Shown: in pieces, positions 6,908-14,217 of the stretch
Layout: each line of letters begins with the position of its first letter
Numbering within the stretch: the stretch's first letter is position 1
Source of the DNA: an uncultured Opitutales bacterium
GTDB lineage: Bacteria; Verrucomicrobiota; Verrucomicrobiia; Opitutales; UBA9783
Assembly: GCA_934691225.1 (NCBI GenBank)
Contig: CAKUSQ010000004.1
Coordinates: forward strand, 1 to 19,837
Length of the DNA: 19,837 bases
Reading direction: 5' to 3'
The notes under the pieces: model-generated
The model's input: the letters and a program-made list of their open reading frames with translations, nothing else
What the model was told of the DNA's origin: nothing
The model's database searches: none
Translations under genes and position numbers: made by a program

Positions 6908-7402
6908 ATGGGATGCATTCACCATTGGATTTTAGATGGGTACAATGTGATGCATGCCCTAAATTTTTTGCCATCACCATTATCATTTGAAGTTGCACGT
7001 GAACGTTTTTTAAGCTGGGTTTCTCAGTTTCAAACGTTAGGTGACAAAAAAGTTACAGTGGTTTTTGATGATAATGTCCATTTAGATGGGCCTCGTGAAA
7101 TTAATCGTGTTTGTTCTGTTTACAGCCCTGTAGGATTTAATGGTGATGGGGCTATATTAAGTATTGTTCGACAAACACCGCGTCAATTTCGTCCTTATTT
7201 GACCATTGTTACGCGTGATTTAATGTTGCGTGATGCAATTTTTTCTTATCGTTGCGTTGTTATTTCACCTGAAGCTTTCAAACAAGAATTTGAAACGTAT
7301 CGACAACATGCGGATCGTAAAAACATAAATGCAAAAGCATCATCCTGTGAATTTTACAAACCTTTTCGCGATTTTTTTGAAAATAAACCTATAAAAATGT
7401 AA
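6908..7402 (+). CDS. NYN-domain protein of the YacP/Rae1-like (DUF901) type, putative ribonuclease
   Basis: 164 aa. It has HWILDGYNVMH (compare LVDGYNMI at the N-terminus of B. subtilis Rae1/YacP). It also has KKVTVVFDD, NGDGAIL and TIVTRDLMLRDAI, which place acidic residues where the PIN/NYN-like catalytic Asp residues lie. Confidence 0.65.
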   Translation: MGCIHHWILDGYNVMHALNFLPSPLSFEVARERFLSWVSQFQTLGDKKVTVVFDDNVHLDGPREINRVCSVYSPVGFNGDGAILSIVRQTPRQFRPYLTIVTRDLMLRDAIFSYRCVVISPEAFKQEFETYRQHADRKNINAKASSCEFYKPFRDFFENKPIKM

Positions 7403-7427
7403 AGTTGTTAATAAAAGTATCTATATC

Positions 7428-7456
7428 TCGACATTTAGCGTTATTTATGACATAAT
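7428..7456 (+). promoter_or_regulatory. Candidate sigma70-type promoter upstream of glgB
   Basis: TCGACA (7428-7433), a 17-nt spacer, then CATAAT (7451-7456). The -10 ends only 9 nt before the glgB ATG (7466), implying a very short or absent leader. AT-rich context makes chance matches likely. Confidence 0.3.
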
Positions 7457-7465
7457 AAATGTAGG

Positions 7466-9676
7466 ATGCATATAGATTCTACAGAACTTCAATCTTTTAT
7501 ACGAGGCGATCATAATAACCCACATCATATTTTAGGAAAACATCTGAAAAACGATCGTAACGTTGTTCGAGCATTTTTCCCGGATGCAAAAACAATTTAT
7601 ATTTGCGATAGAAATAATAATGCATGTACGCCTATGCAGCGCATTGATAGTACAGATTTGTTTGAAGCGGTTGTTGATGAAAAGATGGATTATTATTTTA
7701 AAGCAATCCTGGTATCGAACAATGAAGTTGTTTTTGAAGATGCATATGATTTTGTACCTACTTTTACAGATGAGGATTTATTTTTGTTTAATCAGGGAAA
7801 ACATCATCGAATTTATGAAAAACTAGGGGCTCATGCAATTGTCCATGAAGATACACCTGGGTATAGTTTTGCTGTTTGGTGTCCCAATGCACGTCGTGTT
7901 TCGGTAGTAGGAGATTTTAACAATTGGGATGGAAGAAGACACATCATGCGATTGTTAAATAACTCAGGTGTTTGGGAATTGTTCATTCCTAATTTGAAAG
8001 CAGGATATAAGTATAAGTTTGAAATTTATGATGCTAATCGACAAATACAACTCAAAGCAGATCCTTACGCTAATGCTTGCGAGTACGACCGAGGGCATGC
8101 TTCAATTTTGACATTACCGTTAGAAACCTATAATTGGCACGATGAAGTTTGGTTAGAAAAAAGAAAACATCAGAATTGCAAAGAAATTCCAATATCTATT
8201 TACGAGTTGCACATTGATTCTTGGAGACGAGATGAAAATAATCAACCTTTAACCTACCGAGCGTTAGCTAAGGCTTTAGTAGAATATCTTAGAACAACAC
8301 ATTTTAATTATGTTGAGTTTATGCCCATTGCCGAACATCCTTTTCTAGGATCTTGGGGATATCAAGTAACAGGATTTTTTGCACCTACTTCACGTTATGG
8401 AACGCCACAAGATTTTCAATATCTTGTAGATGTTTTACATGAAAATAATATAGGTGTCATCATGGATTGGGTCCCTGGCCATTTCCCTAAAGATGCTTTT
8501 AGTTTGGCTAAATTTGATGGTACCGCACTTTATGAACATGTTGACCCACGCCAAGGTGAGCATCAAGATTGGGGAACTTTGATTTTTAACTATGGCCGGA
8601 ATGAAGTTAGAAATTTTCTTACTGCAAACGCATTGTTTTGGATAGATAAATTCCATATTGATGGTTTGAGGGTAGATGCAGTAGCATCTATGCTTTATTT
8701 GAATTATTCTAGGAAAGATGGCGAGTGGATACCGAATATCTATGGAGGTCAAGAAAATTTAGAAGCCATTGAATTTATTCGTTGTACCAATGATTTAATC
8801 CATCGTTATTACCCTGGTGTTATAACCATTGCAGAGGAGTCGACTTCGTTTGGACGCGTTTCTCAACCCACACAAGTATATGGGTTAGGGTTTGATTTTA
8901 AATGGAATATGGGGTGGATGCACGATGCTTTAAATTATTGTAAAGAGGATCCTATTCATCGCAAATATCACCATAATAAGATGACTTTTGCTATGTTGTA
9001 CCAATATTCTGAAAATTTTATAAGTGTTTTTTCACACGATGAAGTTGTTCATGGAAAATGTTCTATGGTTCAAAAAATGGGCTCAGGTTATTTTTCAGAT
9101 AAATTGAGTACACTTCGGGCTTTATACGCCTACATGTGGGGTTGGCCAGGTAAAAAAACATTGTTCATGGGAAATGAATTTGCTCAAATAAATGAATGGG
9201 ATTATCATAAATCTTTAGATTGGGATTTACTTAAACAGTTAAATCATAGAGGGGTTCAGCGGTTAATTTGCGATTTAAATACATTGTATTTTTCACATGA
9301 TTACTGGTCTCGTTACGATATGTTTGGTGAAGGTTTTTCGTGGATAAATCCAAATGATTGTGATAATAGCGTGTTATCTTTTATGCGTCGGAATCCTAAA
9401 AATACGGCTACTTTGTTATTTATTTCAAATTTTACGCCTGTAGAACGTATCCAATACGCTTGTGGGGTTCCTTGGGAAGGAAATTGGCGAGAAGTTTTGA
9501 ATACCGATGCGAAAGTTTATGGAGGACAAAATCGTGGTAATAGTGGTAGCGTTAGTACTTTAAGTTACGGAAGAGATCAACAACCTTACGCATTACAGTT
9601 GTATTTACCTCCGCTTTCAACTTTGGTTTTAGAATATGAAACAAACGAACCAATTTTGAACAAAGGTAAAAATTAA
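7466..9676 (+). CDS. glgB: 1,4-alpha-glucan (glycogen) branching enzyme GlgB (GH13)
   Basis: 736 aa. GH13 catalytic blocks are present: FHIDGLRVDAVASMLY (nucleophile Asp), ITIAEESTSF (acid/base Glu) and FSHDEVVHGK (transition-state His-Asp). The CBM48 region FAVWCPNARRVSVVGDFNNWDGRRH is also present. Confidence 0.95.
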   Translation: MHIDSTELQSFIRGDHNNPHHILGKHLKNDRNVVRAFFPDAKTIYICDRNNNACTPMQRIDSTDLFEAVVDEKMDYYFKAILVSNNEVVFEDAYDFVPTFTDEDLFLFNQGKHHRIYEKLGAHAIVHEDTPGYSFAVWCPNARRVSVVGDFNNWDGRRHIMRLLNNSGVWELFIPNLKAGYKYKFEIYDANRQIQLKADPYANACEYDRGHASILTLPLETYNWHDEVWLEKRKHQNCKEIPISIYELHIDSWRRDENNQPLTYRALAKALVEYLRTTHFNYVEFMPIAEHPFLGSWGYQVTGFFAPTSRYGTPQDFQYLVDVLHENNIGVIMDWVPGHFPKDAFSLAKFDGTALYEHVDPRQGEHQDWGTLIFNYGRNEVRNFLTANALFWIDKFHIDGLRVDAVASMLYLNYSRKDGEWIPNIYGGQENLEAIEFIRCTNDLIHRYYPGVITIAEESTSFGRVSQPTQVYGLGFDFKWNMGWMHDALNYCKEDPIHRKYHHNKMTFAMLYQYSENFISVFSHDEVVHGKCSMVQKMGSGYFSDKLSTLRALYAYMWGWPGKKTLFMGNEFAQINEWDYHKSLDWDLLKQLNHRGVQRLICDLNTLYFSHDYWSRYDMFGEGFSWINPNDCDNSVLSFMRRNPKNTATLLFISNFTPVERIQYACGVPWEGNWREVLNTDAKVYGGQNRGNSGSVSTLSYGRDQQPYALQLYLPPLSTLVLEYETNEPILNKGKN

Positions 9677-9730
9677 CGCTAGTTGGGGAAATATTCATTG
9701 AAGACCTCTTACAATTGTGTTAAAATAATA

Positions 9731-12172
9731 ATGGAAATAGAAAAAACACGTATGACAAAAAAGGAATTGAAAGCTGCTATTGAACGTCACCTACATCAAA
9801 CATTGGCTCGCGATAAAACAAATGCTACGTCGCGTGATTGGTGGTTAGCTAGTTGTTATGCTATCAATGATCAGATTTTTCAACGATTAAGTGAAAATCA
9901 GGCAGAACAAAAACGTAAGGATGTTAAACGTGTTTATTATTTTTCATTAGAATATTTGATGGGACGTCTTCTTAACACCAATGTTGATAATTTAGATTTT
10001 AAGGAAACACTTATTGAGGTACTAAAAGATTTAGGTCAAGATTACGAAACGATTCGACAAGAAGAAATGGACATGGGGCTGGGTAATGGTGGATTGGGCC
10101 GTTTAGCCGCTTGTTTTATGGATTCGCTTGCAACACTTGATTATCCTGCGGTGGGATATGGAATTTTATATGAATTTGGACTTTTTAAACAAAAAATTAC
10201 TGGTAATCGGCAAGAAGAATTACCAGATAATTGGCTAAAATTTGGAAATCCTTGGCGGTTATTGCGTGCTGAACGGACACAATCTGTAACATTGTATGGT
10301 CATTTGGAACAGTATTACGATGATAAGGGTGATCTGAAGCATCGCTGGATTCCATCAAAAACGATTCTAGGACTCCCCTGGGATATTCCTATTGTTGGAT
10401 ATCGCGGAAAAACAGTTAATTACTTGCGTTTATGGGAATCGCGTGCCTCCGAAGATTTCGATCTTAAGATTTTTAATGATGGAGGTTACATTGAAGCTGT
10501 TAAAGAAAAAACAGAAGGAGAAACAATTTCTAAAGTTTTATACCCGAATGATAAAACAGAAAACGGCAAAGAATTGCGATTGGTACAGCAATATTTTTTT
10601 GTATCTTGTTCGTTAAAGGATATATTGCGGCGATTTAAAGTTAGTCATAAAACTTGGGATGATTTCCCTAAAAAAGTTGTGATTCAATTAAATGATACGC
10701 ACCCTGCAATTGCTATTCCAGAATTGATGCGTTTATTTATTGATGAAGAAAAGTTACCGTGGGGAAAAGCATGGGAGTTATGTCGAAAAACCTTTGCTTA
10801 CACCAATCATACTTTACTTCCAGAAGCTTTGGAAAAATGGAGCGTAGATTTGGTTAAAAAAGTTTTACCTCGTCATTTGCAAATTATTTATGAGATTAAT
10901 TTGTGGTTTTTGGAAAATGAGGTTGAAAAATGTTGGCCAGGAGATGTTAATAAAAAACGTGAATTATCATTAATCGAAGAAGGATGTCCACAATATGTAC
11001 GAATGGCTTATCTTTCAGTTGTTGCAAGTTTTTCTGTGAATGGTGTTGCACAATTGCATACGGATTTATTAAAAACAAGACTATTTAAAGATTTTAATAC
11101 ATTATATCCTCAGAAATTTAATAATAAAACCAATGGAGTCACACCTCGGCGATGGATTAAATCTGTCAATCCAAAGTTAGCAAACTTAATATCAGAAACT
11201 TTAAAAACAGATACATGGATCACAGATTTAGAGCGATTAGAAGCGTTAGAATCTTGGGTGGAGGATGATACATTTTTACAAAAATATGCAGCTGTAAAAA
11301 AGTTTAATAAACTTGCTTTATCCAGATTCGTTGAACAAACACAAAACATTCGTATCAATCCTGAATCTATGTTTGATGTGCAAATTAAACGATTGCACGA
11401 ATATAAACGCCAACATTTAAATTTATTACATTGCTTGAAGTTATATTATGATCTCTTACATGGAAAGAAATCTACGCAATTTAAACGTACGGTTATTTTT
11501 TCAGGTAAAGCCGCTCCAGAATATTACCTTGCTAAGGAAATTATTCATGGTATTAATTTACTTGCTCAGCATGTTAACAATGACAAACGCATCGAAGATG
11601 CTTTAAAAATTGTTTTTTTGCCTAATTATAGCATTACTTTAGCTGGTAAAATTATTCCAGCAGCTGATTTATCAGAGCAAATTTCCACCGCCGGTAAGGA
11701 AGCTTCAGGTACCGGTAATATGAAATTAGGGCTCAATGGTGCTTGTACATTGGGAACATTGGATGGAGCTAATGTTGAAATAATGGATAGGGTAGGGCCA
11801 GAAAATATTTTTATTTTTGGGCACACGGTTGAAGAAATTGAGAATCTTCGTACACAAGGATATTGTCCTTACGATATTTATAATGCACAGGTTGATCTAA
11901 AACAAATTTTGGATTGGATGGATTCAGATTTTTTCAATGATAATGGGCATAATCCGATGCGCATGATACGAGGTAGCTTGTTAGAAGGAGGAGATCCTTT
12001 CTTTGTTTTAGCTGATTTTAAAGCTTATTGTGAAGCGCAAAAAGAGGTTGAAGTAATATATCAGCAACCTCGTTTATGGACACAAAAAACGTTATTAAAT
12101 ACAGCTAGATTAGGTTATTTTTCAAGCGATCGAACCGTTCGCGATTATGTTCGTGATGTTTGGAAAATTTAA
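9731..12172 (+). CDS. glgP: Glycogen/maltodextrin phosphorylase GlgP (GT35)
   Basis: RVYYFSLEYLMGRLL and GLGNGGLGRLAACFMDS are present, as is the PLP-lysine block TAGKEASGTGNMKLGLNGA. The track starts at a TTG (9683). I prefer the first in-frame ATG at 9731 (MEIEKTR...). ATG 9752 (MTKKELKAAI...) is an equally plausible alternative. The 3' end is secure. Confidence 0.93.
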   Translation: MEIEKTRMTKKELKAAIERHLHQTLARDKTNATSRDWWLASCYAINDQIFQRLSENQAEQKRKDVKRVYYFSLEYLMGRLLNTNVDNLDFKETLIEVLKDLGQDYETIRQEEMDMGLGNGGLGRLAACFMDSLATLDYPAVGYGILYEFGLFKQKITGNRQEELPDNWLKFGNPWRLLRAERTQSVTLYGHLEQYYDDKGDLKHRWIPSKTILGLPWDIPIVGYRGKTVNYLRLWESRASEDFDLKIFNDGGYIEAVKEKTEGETISKVLYPNDKTENGKELRLVQQYFFVSCSLKDILRRFKVSHKTWDDFPKKVVIQLNDTHPAIAIPELMRLFIDEEKLPWGKAWELCRKTFAYTNHTLLPEALEKWSVDLVKKVLPRHLQIIYEINLWFLENEVEKCWPGDVNKKRELSLIEEGCPQYVRMAYLSVVASFSVNGVAQLHTDLLKTRLFKDFNTLYPQKFNNKTNGVTPRRWIKSVNPKLANLISETLKTDTWITDLERLEALESWVEDDTFLQKYAAVKKFNKLALSRFVEQTQNIRINPESMFDVQIKRLHEYKRQHLNLLHCLKLYYDLLHGKKSTQFKRTVIFSGKAAPEYYLAKEIIHGINLLAQHVNNDKRIEDALKIVFLPNYSITLAGKIIPAADLSEQISTAGKEASGTGNMKLGLNGACTLGTLDGANVEIMDRVGPENIFIFGHTVEEIENLRTQGYCPYDIYNAQVDLKQILDWMDSDFFNDNGHNPMRMIRGSLLEGGDPFFVLADFKAYCEAQKEVEVIYQQPRLWTQKTLLNTARLGYFSSDRTVRDYVRDVWKI

Positions 12173-12208
12173 ATCAAAAAAATTTACGTTTTTTATTTCT
12201 AATTTTAC

Positions 12209-12236
12209 TTGATATTTTAAAATTAAGTATTAGAAT
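12209..12236 (+). promoter_or_regulatory. Candidate sigma70-type promoter for the STAS-PP2C-SulP(-tilS-ftsH-def) unit
   Basis: TTGATA (12209-12214), a 16-nt spacer, then TAGAAT (12231-12236). This is the only sizeable gap (79 bp) in the plus-strand gene run after glgP. The predicted start is ~8-9 nt before ATG 12252, and no Shine-Dalgarno sequence is visible. Confidence 0.35.
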
Positions 12237-12251
12237 AAAAACCGTTTATAT

Positions 12252-12764
12252 ATGATGGAAATAGACAATAGGGCAATGCCTGTTTTCCTTGCGTATGAAA
12301 CCATAGATTCTGTTATTATACAGGTTCAAGGTATTGCTACTTATGCTGAGGCACCGTTGCTAAATAAGTTTCTTGAGAATTCGTTAAAACGCAGTTACAA
12401 GAAGTATTGTATTTTGTTTAATAAATGCGAAGGTATTGATAGTACTTGTTTAGGTGTTTTAGCCGGTTTGTTGTTAAAGTTGAGAGCTAACAAAGGTATG
12501 TGCTTATTCTGTGGATTAAGACCTCGTCAATTAGAATGTGTTCAAATTGTTGGCTTAGATAAAATGGCTTACATTGCGGATGATATACCTTCTTCGATTT
12601 CATCTCAAGTAAAAATTTCGCAACCTACTTGTCGTGATACAGTCCCTGAATTATCATCTCAGTTGGTCTTGGATGCACACAAATTTTTAATAGAAGTTTG
12701 TGCAAAGAATAAAGCGCATTTCAAGGATATAGTTTTATTATTAGAAAAAAGTAGTATTTTTTGA
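12252..12764 (+). CDS. STAS-domain protein, RsbV/SpoIIAA-like anti-sigma-factor-antagonist fold with a ~60-aa C-terminal extension
   Basis: 170 aa. The STAS core runs VIIQVQGIATYAEAPLLNKFLE...YCILFNKCEGIDSTCLGVLAGLLLKLRANKGMCLFCGLRPRQLECVQIVGLDK. The IDSTCLG segment aligns with the DS[ST]GLG phospho-serine loop of RsbV/SpoIIAA. Residues ~112-170 have no counterpart in the ~110-aa canonical proteins. The TGA stop overlaps the next ATG (TGATG). Confidence 0.75.
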   Translation: MMEIDNRAMPVFLAYETIDSVIIQVQGIATYAEAPLLNKFLENSLKRSYKKYCILFNKCEGIDSTCLGVLAGLLLKLRANKGMCLFCGLRPRQLECVQIVGLDKMAYIADDIPSSISSQVKISQPTCRDTVPELSSQLVLDAHKFLIEVCAKNKAHFKDIVLLLEKSSIF

Positions 12765-14194
12765 TGCCGTATTTTTTTCTAGGCGTTTTCTTGGGATTTT
12801 GTCTTTTTATAGCTCTCTATTGTACAGCACATTCAGAATATGGAAGGCAATTGGTAAAGTCGGAGTGTGTTCTTAAAGAGAAGAGTATTTTGTTGAATTT
12901 TATGCATTCATTGTACGATGGAATTTCGTACAAGTTAGATATGGATGCCGTATACCAACGAATTGTTCATGGAAGTCGAATAAGTACATTAGGAACTTCG
13001 GCTCGTTTTTTTAGATATGATGCAGATACAAAAGAATTAATTGCGTCGGCTAAAGAAGGTGCATTTCCTTTGTTTAAAACAAAAGTGAGACCTGAATTAC
13101 CCAAAGCCGCATTTTTGTCGTTATTAAACAAAGGGGAAACATTCTTTTTAAATGAAAATTTTATTGGTAGATGCGCTCAAGATTTTCGAACCTATTTGTT
13201 AGGGAAAGAGGATCTCAAATTATTAGTGAAAAATTCAGCATCCAAGGCGAAGATTAAACAGTTATTAATAAGTCCTATTTTGTTTAAAAATGAATTGTTT
13301 GGAATAATTGTGGTTGTGAATTCTATGCAATCCAATGGTTTTTCGTCTGAGATATGCGGTTTGTTGCGATCAATTTGTGAACAAGCTGGAATTGTTTTGA
13401 ACAATGTTCGTCAATTGCAACGATTATTTGAGTCTCAAAAACTTAAATTCGATCTTGAAATAGCCAATCACATTCAAATGTATTTATTGCCACAAGCGCA
13501 TAAATTAGCTGTTAAAGAGGTTGAAATGCATATTAAGTATAAACCTTCTCAAAAAATCGGAGGAGATTTTTATGATATTATTGCTTTGGATCCTGACAGA
13601 ACGGTCGTTGTAATAGGAGATGTAGCTGGTCATGGAATTTCAGCTGCTCTTGTTATGGCTAGAATACTAAGCTATATTAGACATTATGTGCCTATAAGCC
13701 AACGTCCATCAAACGTATTAAAGTTTTTAAATCAAGTTATGTATGGAACGATGCCTGAGCATTTGTTCATAACGATGTTGTGTGCAATTATTGATACAAA
13801 AAATAATACAATTGAATTTTCACGAGCAGGCCATGAATATCCTCTTTTTATCCATGATAAGCGTGTTTTAAGATTAAACGTGCCGGGTATGGCTTTAGGA
13901 TTGATGCCTTCAGAGATTTTTGACAGTTTTATAAGAGATTTTAAAGTTCCATTTTTACCAGGAGATACTTTTATGCTGTTTACGGATGGGTTAACAGAAT
14001 CAAGAAATTTTAAAAGAATGGAATTTTCGAATGAAAATCTTAAAAAAAGTATTTTGAGGAATATTGATAAATCGGTTGAAGATATAAATGAAAATATTGT
14101 AAAAGATGTTTTAGAATATATGAGGAACAAAGGTTTTTCGGATGATTACACATTAATGACCTTTAGAAATAACAAAAATATTGCCAAAGTATAA
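12764..14194 (+). CDS. Membrane-anchored GAF-domain PP2C serine phosphatase (RsbU/SpoIIE family)
   Basis: 476 aa counted from ATG 12764; the track uses the TTG one codon upstream. It has an N-terminal TM helix (PYFFLGVFLGFCLFIALYC). A GAF-like region covers ~res 45-215 and ends LISPILFKNELFGIIVVVNS...LLRSICEQAGIVLNNVRQL. The PP2C/SpoIIE metal-binding motifs are all present: IGGDFYD, VIGDVAGHGISAAL, MLFTDGLTES and FSDDYTLMTF. Confidence 0.85.
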   Translation: MPYFFLGVFLGFCLFIALYCTAHSEYGRQLVKSECVLKEKSILLNFMHSLYDGISYKLDMDAVYQRIVHGSRISTLGTSARFFRYDADTKELIASAKEGAFPLFKTKVRPELPKAAFLSLLNKGETFFLNENFIGRCAQDFRTYLLGKEDLKLLVKNSASKAKIKQLLISPILFKNELFGIIVVVNSMQSNGFSSEICGLLRSICEQAGIVLNNVRQLQRLFESQKLKFDLEIANHIQMYLLPQAHKLAVKEVEMHIKYKPSQKIGGDFYDIIALDPDRTVVVIGDVAGHGISAALVMARILSYIRHYVPISQRPSNVLKFLNQVMYGTMPEHLFITMLCAIIDTKNNTIEFSRAGHEYPLFIHDKRVLRLNVPGMALGLMPSEIFDSFIRDFKVPFLPGDTFMLFTDGLTESRNFKRMEFSNENLKKSILRNIDKSVEDINENIVKDVLEYMRNKGFSDDYTLMTFRNNKNIAKV

Positions 14195-14217
14195 GGATAT
14201 ATTTAAAGTTTGAAAAA

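Noticed and set aside
6908-7402. The NYN/PIN-like ORF, considered as the toxin of a toxin-antitoxin pair.
   Set aside because: There is no small adjacent antitoxin-like ORF. The motif pattern is that of the housekeeping YacP/Rae1 type rather than VapC. The gene is embedded in a co-directional core-gene run.
9683-9730. TTG start codons used by the ORF track for glgP (9683), the PP2C gene (12761) and ftsH (17447).
   Set aside because: In each case an in-frame ATG follows within 1-16 codons (9731, 12764, 17453). The extra N-terminal residues (for example MGKYSLKTSYNCVKII for glgP) have no counterpart in the family. For the PP2C gene, the ATG gives the classic TGATG coupling with the upstream stop. 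The exact starts remain unverified.
12176-12194. A7-TTTACG-T6 after the glgP stop, considered as a rho-independent terminator.
   Set aside because: The only possible stem is pure A:T with no G:C pairs, so it is too weak to call a terminator. It is more likely just AT-rich spacer.
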